Shown: positions 18,221 to 27,638 of the stretch, one piece after another
How positions within the stretch are numbered: position 1 is the stretch's first letter
Layout: each line of letters begins with the position of its first letter
From: an uncultured Actinomycetes bacterium
GTDB lineage: Bacteria > Actinomycetota > UBA4738 > HRBIN12
Direction: 5' to 3'
NCBI GenBank assembly: GCA_963746995.1
Contig: CAVVDF010000010.1
Span: forward strand, 25,641 to 89,640
Length of the DNA: 64,000 nt
Notes under the pieces: model-generated
What the model saw: the letters and a program-made list of their open reading frames with translations, nothing else
Databases searched by the model: none
What the model was told of the DNA's origin: nothing
Program-made: the position numbers and the translations under genes

Positions 18221-19078
18221 ATGACCTTCTCGATCGTGGCGTGCGATCCGGTCAACGGGGATCTCGGGGTCGCGGTCGCGTCGAAGTTCCCGTGTGTCGG
18301 GGCGGTCGTGCCGTGGGCGCGCGCTGGGGTGGGCGCCGTGGCGACGCAGTCGTGGGCGAACACCGATTTCGGTCCGGACGGGTTGCAGTTGATGGGGGGC
18401 GGTCTGCCGGCCGCCGCCGCGCTCGACGCCGTGCTCGAGCCTGACGTCGATCACGAGGAGCGGCAGGTCGGGTTCGTCGATGCCGCCGGGCGGGCCGCTA
18501 CCTTCACGGGCGCGCACTGCATGACGTGGGCGGGCGGTCGCACAGGTGACGGCTTCGCCGCTCAGGGGAACATCCTCGCCGGCGCACGGGTGGTGGACGA
18601 GGTGGCTCGTGCCTTCGCCGACGGAGTAGGCGATTTGTGCGACCGCCTGCTGACGGCGCTTCTGGCCGGTGATGCGGCCGGCGGTGATCGACGAGGCAGG
18701 CAATCCGCGGCGCTGCTGGTGGTGCGTGCGGGTGGTGGATACGAGGGCCGCAACGATCGCTACATCGACCTTCGTGTCGACGATCACCCCGACGCGCCGG
18801 CGGAGCTCGCGAGGCTCTTCGCTGTGTGGGACGACACGATGCTGGTACGGAACGACGAGCCGGTGGCGGCGACGGGGTCCGTGGTTCGCGACCTCCAGCA
18901 GCGCCTGCGCGTCGTTGGCGTTTACGACGGTGACGAGACCGGCGAACTCGACGACGACACCGCTGCAGCGCTCGCCGAGTGGGCGGGTCGGTACAACCTC
19001 GAGGGCCGGCTCCGAGACGACGGCCAGCTGAGCGGGCATCTGCTGATGGAGCTTCGAGACGTCACGCCCGAGGTCTGA
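18221..19078 (+). CDS. DUF1028 (Ntn-hydrolase fold) protein with C-terminal peptidoglycan-binding-like domain
   Basis: MTFSIVACDPVNGDLGVAVASKF (DUF1028 N-terminus). C-terminal VRDLQQRLRVVGVYDGDETGELDDDTAAALAEWAGRYNLEG resembles PG_binding_1. Confidence 0.85.
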   Translation: MTFSIVACDPVNGDLGVAVASKFPCVGAVVPWARAGVGAVATQSWANTDFGPDGLQLMGGGLPAAAALDAVLEPDVDHEERQVGFVDAAGRAATFTGAHCMTWAGGRTGDGFAAQGNILAGARVVDEVARAFADGVGDLCDRLLTALLAGDAAGGDRRGRQSAALLVVRAGGGYEGRNDRYIDLRVDDHPDAPAELARLFAVWDDTMLVRNDEPVAATGSVVRDLQQRLRVVGVYDGDETGELDDDTAAALAEWAGRYNLEGRLRDDGQLSGHLLMELRDVTPEV

Positions 19079-19084
19079 GCGGGC

Positions 19085-19393
19085 TCAGCCGCCGAACGCT
19101 CGCGAGACGGCGGTCCAGACCGCGAAGCCGCCCGCGACCAACACGGCCGCCGCGACGACGCACGCGATCACGAGCCCCGTTACCCCGGTCAGGCGCGTGT
19201 GCCAGGTTGGATCGGTTGGCAGCGACCTGCGACGGACCGGCTCGGGAAGGGACGGCTCCTCCGTCGTGGGGGTGTCGTAGGTTCCCGACCACGCGCCCGT
19301 CGGGGCGGTCGGGGTGTCTCCCTGGCGCAGCGTGAGAGCCCAGACGCTCGTCCCGGCAGCGGCCGCGACCACGAGGACGAGCAGATACCCCAT
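19085..19393 (-). CDS. small membrane protein (2 predicted TM helices), hypothetical
   Basis: MGYLLVLVVAAAAGTSVWAL ... LTGVTGLVIACVVAAAVLVAGGFAVW. Internal ATG 19393 of ORF 19085..19504. Confidence 0.55.
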   Translation of the reverse strand: MGYLLVLVVAAAAGTSVWALTLRQGDTPTAPTGAWSGTYDTPTTEEPSLPEPVRRRSLPTDPTWHTRLTGVTGLVIACVVAAAVLVAGGFAVWTAVSRAFGG

Positions 19394-19400
19394 GGCCGGG

Positions 19401-19406
19401 AGCGTA
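19401..19406 (-). promoter_or_regulatory. -10-like hexamer TACGCT (minus strand), 7 nt before ATG 19393
   Basis: + strand cat-ggccggg-agcgta. Confidence 0.4.
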
Positions 19407-19455
19407 CTCCGGCGCGCAACCCCGCTGAACCGGCGTCGTTGGCGAGCGCGGCCCG

Positions 19456-19461
19456 TAGCAT
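19456..19461 (+). promoter_or_regulatory. -10-like hexamer TAGCAT, 6 nt before ATG 19468
   Basis: tagcat-cgaggg-ATG. Confidence 0.45.
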
Positions 19462-19467
19462 CGAGGG

Positions 19468-20511
19468 ATGGCCGACCTCCCTTCCCCGCCAGCAGATCAG
19501 CCACCGCCGGCGCCCGAGCGCACCTCGCGGCACCGGCTCCGGTGGACGATCCTCGTCGTGGTCGGCCTGTTGCTCGTCGCCGGGCTGCTCGTCCCGATCC
19601 CGTACTACGCCGAGGGCCCCGGGCCTGCTCGGGATGTCTTGCCGCGCATCGTGTTCGACGGCCACCCTCGATACGAAGCGACCGGCAGGTTGGAGCTCAC
19701 CACGGTTCGGTATCGCCCACTCACGCCGGCGCTCGCCCTGATCGCCTGGTTGGACGGCACCCAAACGGTGGTGTCCCGCGACGTCGTCTACCCGCCGGGA
19801 GTGCCCGTCGACGTCACCGAGCAACGCGGCGTCTCGCAGATGGATCAGAGCAAGATCGCCGCGACCGCGGTCGCCTTGCGTGCCCTCGACATCTACCCCG
19901 AGGAGCACGGCACCGGGGCCCTGATCGAGCAGACGGTCGAAACGTGCCCCGCCGACGGTGCATTGTTCCCGGGCGACATCATCACGGCGGTCGACGGCGA
20001 CGCCGTCCGTACAGCGCAGCAGGCGTCCCGGCTCTTCGATCGCATCCCCGACGACCGGCCCTTGCGATTCACGCTCGACGTCGACGGTTCGACCGAGCAC
20101 GCGACGTTCACCCGGGCGCCGTGCGGGCCCGACGGCGAGCGGTTGGTCGGGATCTCGATGATCGACGTCTTCCCGTTCGATGTGACATACGCGAGTGACG
20201 ACATCGGCGGGCCATCGGCGGGGTTGCTGTGGTCGCTCGGGTTGTATGAGCTGCTTACGCCCGGCGATCTCACAGCCGGTCGCACGATCGCCGGCACGGG
20301 TCAGCTCGGCCCCGATGGGCGCGTCTACCCGATCGGTGGGATCCAGGACAAGGTGGTCGCGGCAGAACGCGCAGGGGCGACGGTGTTCCTGGCGCCCCAA
20401 GCGAACATGCCCGACCTGCGCGACGTGGACACGGGAGACATGCAGGTGATCCCCGTGCGGACGTTCGACGATGCAGTCACCGCCCTGCAGCAGGGCGATC
20501 AAGCCGCGTGA
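19468..20511 (+). CDS. membrane-anchored PDZ domain / Lon-like (S16) serine protease
   Basis: TM helix WTILVVVGLLLVAGLLV. PDZ domain (GDIITAVDGDAV). Lon catalytic motifs DIGGPSAGL and GGIQDKVVAAERAG. Confidence 0.85.
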   Translation: MADLPSPPADQPPPAPERTSRHRLRWTILVVVGLLLVAGLLVPIPYYAEGPGPARDVLPRIVFDGHPRYEATGRLELTTVRYRPLTPALALIAWLDGTQTVVSRDVVYPPGVPVDVTEQRGVSQMDQSKIAATAVALRALDIYPEEHGTGALIEQTVETCPADGALFPGDIITAVDGDAVRTAQQASRLFDRIPDDRPLRFTLDVDGSTEHATFTRAPCGPDGERLVGISMIDVFPFDVTYASDDIGGPSAGLLWSLGLYELLTPGDLTAGRTIAGTGQLGPDGRVYPIGGIQDKVVAAERAGATVFLAPQANMPDLRDVDTGDMQVIPVRTFDDAVTALQQGDQAA

Positions 20512-20527
20512 AGTAGGCTGGCGTTCG

Positions 20528-23419
20528 ATGGCCACGGTCTCCTACGTCCCTCGCCGCCGGCGCTGGCCGACCTATCTCATCGTTGGGGTTGTCCTCGGTG
20601 CGTTGATCCTGAGCCTGCTCGCGGGATTCGTCGTCGAGATCCTCTGGTACCACGAGGTCCACCAGTCGGGGGTCTTCTGGCACACGCTCTGGACGAAGGT
20701 GCTGCTCGGGGTGGCGTTCGGCGCCGTGTTCTTCGGCCTGCTGTACGTCAACCTTGTGATCGCGCGGCGGCTTCGGCCAGAAGTCATGGTGGTCCCGAAC
20801 CCCCTCGACCCCCTGCAGCGGGTCCGCGACGCGACCGACCCCTATCTGAAGTGGTTGCTGCCGATCGGCTGCCTCGTACTCGCGCTGCTCGTCGGGCTCA
20901 GCGTGTCGGGGAACTGGCAGACCTTCTTGTTGTGGCGGAACAGCTCCGGTGTCAGCTTCGGGACGACGGAGCCGTTGTTCGGCCGCGACCCGGCCTTCTA
21001 CATCTTCGATCTTCCGTGGCTTCGGTTCCTGCAGGGCTGGCTGTTCTCGTCGCTCGTCGGGGTCACCGTGCTCGTCGCGATCGCGCACGGCATCTGGGGC
21101 GGGATCCGACCGCAGGCACCTGCGTTCGCCGACAAGGTCACTCCCGCCGCTCGCGCGCATCTGTCGGTGCTCCTCGGTCTCGTGATGCTGGTGAAGGCGT
21201 GGGGCTATTGGCTCGGCCGGTTCGATCTCCTGACGTCGACCCGTGGCGTGGTCGAGGGCGCCAGCTACACCGAGGTCAAAGCGCAGCTGCCCGCGCTCAA
21301 CTTCCTGGCGATCGTTGCCGTGATCTGCGCTGTCCTGTTCTTCGTGAACATCCGAACCAAGCAATGGAGCCTCCCGGTCGTGGCGGTCGCGTTGCTCGCT
21401 CTCGTGTCGGTGCTGCTCGGCACGGCCTACCCCGCCTTCGTGCAGCAGTTCAAGGTCAAGCCGAACGAACAACAGCTGGAGCAGCCGTATATCGACGACA
21501 ACATCAGCGCGACGCGGCAGGCGTTCGCACTCGACCAGATCGATCAGCAGCAACGGGAGGTCGGCGGGGCGCTGACGGCCAACGCGCTCCGTGAGAACCG
21601 CACCACCGTGTCGAACATCCGTGTGTGGCGGCCGAGCGCGCTGCAGAAGAACTTCCAGTCGTTCCAGCGCGTGCGCGAGTACTACGACTTCCTGGACGTC
21701 GACGTCGATCGCTACCCGATCGGGGAAGGGGGCACGCCTCGGGTCATCATGGTGTCGGCGCGCGAGGTGAACCCGGAGGGCATCCCGCAGGCCGCCCAAA
21801 CCTGGCAGAACGTGCACCTGGCGTACACGCACGGGTTCGGCGCCGTGGCAGCGCAGGTGAACACCGCCACGTCGGAGGGACAGCCGGTGATGACGTTGCG
21901 CGACCTCCCCCCGGTCGGGCAACCAACGGTCACGCAGCCGCGCGTCTACTACGGCGAGGGAGGCCAAGGCGATTTCGTCGTCGCAAATGCGAATGGGGAG
22001 CTCGACTACGAAGGCGCAGTCGAGAACGCGCCGTACGCGGGAGAGGGCGGGATCCCGGTGGGCAATGCCTTCCGACGATTGCTGTTCGCCTGGAACTTCC
22101 GCGACATCAACCTGCTGCTGTCGGGTCAGATCACCGACCAGAGCCGGTTGATGATCTACCGCAATATCGAGGAGCGTGCTGCCAAGGCCGTGCCGTTCCT
22201 GTCGTTCGACGACGATCCGTACCTCGCGATCGTGGACGGCCGCCCGGTCTGGATCCTCGACGCGTACACGAACTCCAGTGGGTACCCCTACTCGCAGTCG
22301 GTGAACGCGTCCGCCGCGACCGACGGTCTGCTGTTCGGCTCCACGAACTACATCCGCAACTCGGTCAAGGTCGTGATCGACGCGTACCAGGGCAGCATCA
22401 CCTACTACGCCGACCTCTCCGAGCCGATCGCGCAGGTCTGGAACAACGCCTACCCCGGCCTGTTCACCGACATGGCCGAGGTTCCGCCGAGCCTGCGGGA
22501 GCATTTCCGGTATCCCGAGAACCTGTTCCAGATCCAGGCGTACCAGTTCGCGAACTACCATGTGGAAGACGCGACGGTGTTCTACCAGCGGCGCGACTTC
22601 TGGCAGATCTCTCCCGACCCGACGGCGGCGTCGGTCTCTGGGCAGCAGCAAGCGCCGATGCGCCCTTACTACCAACTGATCAAGGTCCCGGGCGCGACCA
22701 CGGAAGAGTTCCAGCTCGTGGTGCCGTTCGTACCGGCGGGCCGCCAGAACATGGTCGCGTGGATGGCGGCCTCCTCCGATCCTGCCGATTACGGTCAGAT
22801 GACGCTGTACCGGTTCCCGGAGGGCCGCAACATCGAAGGTCCGCAACAGGTGTACGCGCGGATCAACAACGATCCTGCGTTCTCGTCGTTCCGCACGTTG
22901 GTCGGCCAGCAGGGTTCGAGCCTGCTGTTCGGCGACTTCCTCGTGATCCCGATCGATGATTCGTTCCTGTACGTCCTGCCGATCTACGTCGAGGCGAGTG
23001 AGGGCGCACTGATCCCCGAGCTGAAGCGGGTGATCGTCGTGAACGGCAGCGGCGGCGATGTCTCGGTCGCGGAGACCCTGCCCGGGGCGCTCGCGGCGGC
23101 GACCGGCGGCGTGACAGGCGGGGGCACTGGGGGTGGCACGGGCGGCGGCACGGGCGGCGGCACGGGCGGCACCGGCGGTGGCACCACCGAGCAGCAGATC
23201 AACGCGCTGCTGGCCCAGGCTCTCCAGCACTTCGCGGCCGCGGACACCGCATTGAAGGCGGGCGATCTCGCGCTCTACCAGCAGGAGCTCGCGCAGGCGC
23301 AGGCGCTCGTGCAGCAGGCGCAGCAGCTTGCGGCCACGCAGGGTGGCGGATCAACGACGGGAAGCGTGAGCCCGACACCGTCCCCGAGCTCGTCGGCGTC
23401 CGCCAGCCCGTCGCCCTAG
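20528..23419 (+). CDS. UPF0182 family large membrane protein
   Basis: 963 aa from ATG 20528 (MATVSYVPRRRRWPTYLIVGVVLGALIL..). Multi-TM N-terminus, a large conserved extracytoplasmic part, and a C-terminal (GGGT)n + coiled-coil + Pro/Ser tail. Confidence 0.9.
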   Translation: MATVSYVPRRRRWPTYLIVGVVLGALILSLLAGFVVEILWYHEVHQSGVFWHTLWTKVLLGVAFGAVFFGLLYVNLVIARRLRPEVMVVPNPLDPLQRVRDATDPYLKWLLPIGCLVLALLVGLSVSGNWQTFLLWRNSSGVSFGTTEPLFGRDPAFYIFDLPWLRFLQGWLFSSLVGVTVLVAIAHGIWGGIRPQAPAFADKVTPAARAHLSVLLGLVMLVKAWGYWLGRFDLLTSTRGVVEGASYTEVKAQLPALNFLAIVAVICAVLFFVNIRTKQWSLPVVAVALLALVSVLLGTAYPAFVQQFKVKPNEQQLEQPYIDDNISATRQAFALDQIDQQQREVGGALTANALRENRTTVSNIRVWRPSALQKNFQSFQRVREYYDFLDVDVDRYPIGEGGTPRVIMVSAREVNPEGIPQAAQTWQNVHLAYTHGFGAVAAQVNTATSEGQPVMTLRDLPPVGQPTVTQPRVYYGEGGQGDFVVANANGELDYEGAVENAPYAGEGGIPVGNAFRRLLFAWNFRDINLLLSGQITDQSRLMIYRNIEERAAKAVPFLSFDDDPYLAIVDGRPVWILDAYTNSSGYPYSQSVNASAATDGLLFGSTNYIRNSVKVVIDAYQGSITYYADLSEPIAQVWNNAYPGLFTDMAEVPPSLREHFRYPENLFQIQAYQFANYHVEDATVFYQRRDFWQISPDPTAASVSGQQQAPMRPYYQLIKVPGATTEEFQLVVPFVPAGRQNMVAWMAASSDPADYGQMTLYRFPEGRNIEGPQQVYARINNDPAFSSFRTLVGQQGSSLLFGDFLVIPIDDSFLYVLPIYVEASEGALIPELKRVIVVNGSGGDVSVAETLPGALAAATGGVTGGGTGGGTGGGTGGGTGGTGGGTTEQQINALLAQALQHFAAADTALKAGDLALYQQELAQAQALVQQAQQLAATQGGGSTTGSVSPTPSPSSSASASPSP
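23135..23170 (+). repeat. three perfect tandem copies of ggcacgggcggc (in-frame, encodes GTGG repeats) within a longer degenerate G-rich repeat (~23104-23187)
   Basis: Read directly from the sequence; lies inside the UPF0182 CDS. Confidence 0.9.
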
Positions 23420-24969
23420 TCCAGCCGGAATCCCAGGTCGGCGGTCACCTCGGCGACGTCCATCTGCGCTTTCTGCAGCCGCCCCGAGTAGTCCCAGTTC
23501 ATCGCCTGCCAGCGGGTGAACTGATCGAGCACCCACACGCCGGATTGTCGCGATCCGTTGCCGCTCTTCCCGTTGCCGCCGAACGGCAAGTGTGCCTCGG
23601 CGCCGCTCGTCGAGTTGTTCACGCTCACCATCCCGGCCGAGACGTCTTCCCGGAACCGCAGAGCGGACAGCGGGCTCATCGTGTAGATCGACGACGACAG
23701 ACCGTAGCCGTGGCCGTTGGCAAGGTCGATCGCCTCGTCGAACGTCTCGAAGATCGCCACCCCCACGATCGGGCCGAACGTCTCGGTGGCGTACAGGTCG
23801 TCCGCACGCCGCACACCGTCGACGATCGTCGGGTGGTAGAAGAGCCCCGCCTCGGGGTCGTCGCCGACGAATCTGTCGCGCGGCTGCGCGGCCGTGATCC
23901 GCCCGACGGCGGTCGAGCCGTGGACCGCGTGATGATCGCGGATCAGCTCGAGCCAGCCCTCGAACCGTTCGGCGAATCGCGCGTCGATCATCGGGCCGTA
24001 CAGCACGTCGGCGAACGGGTCGCCGATCGCGGCCGCCTGCGTCGCCGCATCGAACCGCGCGAGGAAGTCGTCGTGCACCGAGGCGTGCACGATCGCCGTG
24101 CCGAGCGAGGTGCAGCGCTGCCCCGCGGTGCCGAACCCGCTGAACAGCGCGCCCTCGACGGCGAGGTCGAGGTCCGCGTCGGGCATCACGACCAGCGGGT
24201 TCTTCCCGCCGAGCTCGAGGCACGGCGTTTGCAGATGTCGCCCGCACAGCCCGCCGATCTCCGAGCCCACCGCGGTCGAGCCGGTGAATCCCACCTTCTT
24301 GATCGAGCCGTCGTCGAGCGACTGCTCGAGCCCTGCGAAGGTGGCCGGTCCGTCGCACAGGACCATCTGGAAGACGCCGGTCGGCATCCCCGCGTGCAGG
24401 ATCAGCTGCGCGAACGCCTCTGCGATCGCCGGCGTGTACTCGGCGGGTTTCCACACCACCGCGTTGCCGCAGACCAGTGCGGGCACGATGTACCAGCTCG
24501 GCACCGCGACCGGGAAGTTCCCTGCAGTGATGATCGCGCTCGGTCCGACCGGCGTGCGGAAGGTGAAGAGTTGCTTGTCGGGCAGTTCGCTCGGCACGGT
24601 CATCCCGTAGAGACGCCGTCCCTCGGATCCGAAGAACGCGCAGGTGTCGATGACCTCCTGTACTTCCCCGCGCGACTCGGCGATCGGTTTGCCGATCTCG
24701 CAGGTGATCAGGCGCGCCAGGGCCTCCTGGTTCGCGGTGACGAGTTCGCCGAGGTGCTGGATCGCCTGCCCGCGCACGGGCGCGGGCACCGCCGCCCAGC
24801 CGGGCTGCGCGACCGTTGCAGCGCTCGCGGCGGCGACGAAGGTGCCGGCGTCGCCCAGCCGAGCCTCGGATACCTGATCGCCGAGTGCAGCGGGGTTGTG
24901 GATCGCGCGCACCCCGCCGGGCGCATCGGCGGTCGGCGTGCCGTTGATGATCGAGGAGACCGTTCGCAT
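23416..24969 (-). CDS. NAD(P)-dependent aldehyde dehydrogenase family protein
   Basis: MRTVSSIINGTP.., VVWKPAEYTP, ELGGKNP, FGTAGQRCTS (catalytic Cys), TFGPIVGV. ATG 24969. CTAG stop shared with the UPF0182 gene. Confidence 0.93.
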   Translation of the reverse strand: MRTVSSIINGTPTADAPGGVRAIHNPAALGDQVSEARLGDAGTFVAAASAATVAQPGWAAVPAPVRGQAIQHLGELVTANQEALARLITCEIGKPIAESRGEVQEVIDTCAFFGSEGRRLYGMTVPSELPDKQLFTFRTPVGPSAIITAGNFPVAVPSWYIVPALVCGNAVVWKPAEYTPAIAEAFAQLILHAGMPTGVFQMVLCDGPATFAGLEQSLDDGSIKKVGFTGSTAVGSEIGGLCGRHLQTPCLELGGKNPLVVMPDADLDLAVEGALFSGFGTAGQRCTSLGTAIVHASVHDDFLARFDAATQAAAIGDPFADVLYGPMIDARFAERFEGWLELIRDHHAVHGSTAVGRITAAQPRDRFVGDDPEAGLFYHPTIVDGVRRADDLYATETFGPIVGVAIFETFDEAIDLANGHGYGLSSSIYTMSPLSALRFREDVSAGMVSVNNSTSGAEAHLPFGGNGKSGNGSRQSGVWVLDQFTRWQAMNWDYSGRLQKAQMDVAEVTADLGFRLD

Positions 24970-24975
24970 GGCCGG

Positions 24976-24981
24976 ATGGTA
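24976..24981 (-). promoter_or_regulatory. -10-like hexamer TACCAT (minus strand), 6 nt before ATG 24969
   Basis: + strand cat-ggccgg-atggta. Confidence 0.4.
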
Positions 24982-24997
24982 CGGCGTTGCGCGCCGG

Positions 24998-25003
24998 TAG
25001 GGT
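24998..25003 (+). promoter_or_regulatory. -10-like hexamer TAGGGT, 6 nt before ATG 25010
   Basis: tagggt-tggccg-ATG. Confidence 0.4.
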
Positions 25004-25009
25004 TGGCCG

Positions 25010-26356
25010 ATGCTACCGGAGCAGGGGCCCCAGCAGGCACACCGTGTCACGTTCCGTGAGGCGACCGTCTTCTGGATCAAGCTCGGCTTCATCAACTTCG
25101 GCGGTCCCGCAGGCCAGATCTCGCTGATGCACGAAGAGCTGGTCGAACGACGTCGGTGGATCAGCGACGGCCGGTTCTTGCACGCACTGAACTTCTGCAT
25201 GCTCCTACCGGGCCCCGAGGCGCAGCAGCTCGCGATCTACGTCGGCTGGCTCCTCCACAAGGTGCGGGGCGGGCTCGTCGCCGGGATCGCGTTCATCCTG
25301 CCGGCGTTCTTCCTGATCTGGGGGTTGTCGTGGACCTACGCCGCGCACGGCGATGTCGCGGCGATCGAAGGGCTGTTCTTCGGGTTACAGGCCGCTGTCG
25401 TCGGGATCGTCGCCGTCGCCGTCGTGCGGATCGGCCGAAAGACCCTCACGACCCCGGTCCGCGCGCTGATCGCGGCCGCCGCGTTCCTGGCGTTGTTCGT
25501 CGGGCACGTCGCGTTCCCGATCATCATCGTCGTGGCGGCCGTCATCGGGCTCACCGGTGTGGCGGGGGGAACGCCGGCCGCGGCCAATGACGACGGTGAC
25601 GTGGCGCTGCCGGACTCGGCGGCCGCCCCGCCGCACACGCGACCGAGCGCGCGGCGCGCGGTCGTCACGCTTGCGGTCGGGCTCGCCGTCTGGCTCGTGC
25701 CGCTGGTGGTGATCGTGAACCTCGCGTGGGCACCGCCGGTGCTCGCGCAGCAGGCCGCGTTCTTCTCCAAGGCGGCGCTGGTGACCTTCGGCGGCGCGTA
25801 CGCCGTGCTCGCGTACATCAACCAGGCCGCGATCGCTTACGGCTGGGTGACCTCCGCGCAGGTGGCGGCCGGGCTCGGTCTTGCGGAGTCGACGCCGGGG
25901 CCGCTGATCATGGTGACCGAGTTCGTCGGGTTCATGGGCGCATACCAGGCGCCCGGGTCGCTCTCGCCGGCGCTCGCCGGGTTCCTCGGCGCCTTGGTGG
26001 TGACGTGGGCAACGTTCGCGCCGTGCTTCTTGTGGATCTTCCTCGGGGGGCCCTACGTCGAGGTGCTGCGGGCGAACCGGCGACTCGCGTCTGCGCTCGC
26101 GGCGGTGACGGCCGCGGTCGTCGGGATCGTGCTGAACCTCGCGATCACGCTGGCGTTCGCGACCCTGTTCGATCGGTTGCGGCCCGTTGCCGTGCTCGCT
26201 CACGTTGTCGCCGTGCCCGTGCCTGGGTCGCTCGACACCTTCGCCGCAGTGATCGCCCTGGCGTCAGCGATCGCCCTGTGGCGGTTCAAGGTCCATGTGC
26301 TGTGGGTGGTCGGCGTCGCCGGGGCGATCGGCATGGCGCACGCGCTCCTGCGGTGA
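25010..26356 (+). CDS. chrA: chromate transporter (two CHR domains)
   Basis: FWIKLGFINFGGPAGQISLMHEELVERRRWISDGRFLHALNFCMLLPGPEA, and a second CHR half ..FSKAALVTFGGAYAVLAYI... Confidence 0.9.
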   Translation: MLPEQGPQQAHRVTFREATVFWIKLGFINFGGPAGQISLMHEELVERRRWISDGRFLHALNFCMLLPGPEAQQLAIYVGWLLHKVRGGLVAGIAFILPAFFLIWGLSWTYAAHGDVAAIEGLFFGLQAAVVGIVAVAVVRIGRKTLTTPVRALIAAAAFLALFVGHVAFPIIIVVAAVIGLTGVAGGTPAAANDDGDVALPDSAAAPPHTRPSARRAVVTLAVGLAVWLVPLVVIVNLAWAPPVLAQQAAFFSKAALVTFGGAYAVLAYINQAAIAYGWVTSAQVAAGLGLAESTPGPLIMVTEFVGFMGAYQAPGSLSPALAGFLGALVVTWATFAPCFLWIFLGGPYVEVLRANRRLASALAAVTAAVVGIVLNLAITLAFATLFDRLRPVAVLAHVVAVPVPGSLDTFAAVIALASAIALWRFKVHVLWVVGVAGAIGMAHALLR

Positions 26357-27546
26357 GGGCCCGACGTCGCGCAGCGCCCACCACGACAGGAGCGCCGCCC
26401 CGGTTGCGATCACGGCGGCGCCGGCGAACAGCGCGGGCGGCCCGAGCACGACGTAGACGACCCCGCCGATCGCCGGTCCGATCACCGGGCCCATCGACCA
26501 GTGGGCGATCTGCATCATCGCTTGCCCCGTGTTGCCGAACCTCGGCGGGACGAGACGGCCGGTGAGCACCACCAATGCGCCGTACTTCAGCCCGAATGAC
26601 GCGCCGGAGAGCGTGCGGAACACTGCGACGCCCGCGGGGCTGTGAGTCACCGCATAGCCGAACAGGCAGACGATCGAGATGCCGACCCCCGCGAGGAAGA
26701 GGTTCCGCATGCCGAAACGCGCGCCGAGCGTGGCGCTCGCGGTGAAGAACGGGATCTCGATCACCGCGGCGAGGCCGGCAGCAAGACCGATCAGGAATGG
26801 CCCGCCGCCGGTGCCCAGCATCCGCAAGGGCACGAACCCGTCGGTCGCCGACGTCGCGACGCTGAGCAGCAGCAAGCCCGCGAGGAACGTGCCGAACCGG
26901 GGCGACTCCCGGAACACCGACCCGATCGATCCGAACCGGGTCCGGCGCTCCTGCGAGTCGAGGTGGGCCGGACGCGACGGGAACTGGTGAGCCCACCACG
27001 CGTAGACGAGCAGCGACGCCGCGTACAAGGGCAGGATCGGCCACAACCCGAACACCTCGTAGAGGGCGCCAAAGGCGATCGCGGCGATAGCCCACCCCAG
27101 GCTCGCGAATCGACGGATCCGTCCGTAGTCGTCCGCGCGCGCAGGACCGAGGATCGACAAGGCGAGCGTGTCGCCGAGCGCGGTGCCGGGTGCCGACGCG
27201 ACCGCCAGCGCCACCGAGCCGACCGCGATCGACCAGACGGCCGCACTCCCCGGGAGGAGCAGCAAGGCGCACGCGGCGGTGGCGAGCGTCGACAGCACGA
27301 GCGTGCGAGACGTCCCGAGGCGCGTGTCGGCCTCGTGGCTCCACGCGGGCGCCGCGATCACCGTGCCCAGCGCCATCGCCGACAGGACGAGTCCGATCCG
27401 CTCGGGGAGAGGCCCCAGGATTGCAACAGCGGTGTGTAGAACGGCAGCACCGTCGCCGTGACGACGCCGCCGAGGGCGAAGAGCCAGCGGATGTCGCGGT
27501 CGATCCTCGCCGGCTCGGTGCTCTCTCCGTCCACTCGTTCGCTCAT
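26264..27546 (-). pseudogene. MFS transporter, reading frame broken once near the 5' end
   Basis: TM1 lies in ORF 27358..27645 (MSERVDG..IRWLFALGGVVTATVLPFYTPLLQSWGLSP); the remainder lies in ORF 26264..27376 (preceded in frame by ERIGLVLSAMALGTV..). The frames join at the G4 run 27404-27407 (coding strand TCCCC GAGCGG, one base missing). Its 3' end overlaps chrA by 93 nt. Confidence 0.65.
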
Positions 27547-27602
27547 AGAGGCTGCCCGCCAGCTTCTCATCAGGACATCACCAGAGCTGAAGCGCCGGTC
27601 GG

Positions 27603-27631
27603 TTGACATATATGCCGATATAGATATATAA
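27603..27631 (+). promoter_or_regulatory. sigma-70-type promoter TTGACA-N17-ATATAA with embedded AT palindrome (putative ArsR operator); leaderless arsR-family transcript
   Basis: TTGACA 27603-27608, ATATAA 27626-27631, ATG 27639 is 7 nt downstream. TATATgccgATATA inverted repeat at 27609-27622. This is the only strongly AT-rich patch in the window. Confidence 0.55.
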
Positions 27632-27638
27632 AGCTCCC

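Noticed and set aside
16349-19039. 896-aa minus-strand ORF antisense to moaE-mreB-DUF1028
   Set aside because: Same reasoning: Arg-rich nonsense translation opposite three well-supported genes.
23104-23187. G-rich tandem repeats considered as a possible CRISPR or minisatellite
   Set aside because: The 12-nt units have no spacers, are in frame and encode the (GGGT)n tail of the UPF0182 protein. This is not a CRISPR array.
20477-23230. 917-aa minus-strand ORF antisense to the UPF0182 gene
   Set aside because: Low-complexity Arg/Asp/Gly translation; the plus-strand protein has clear TM topology and family features.
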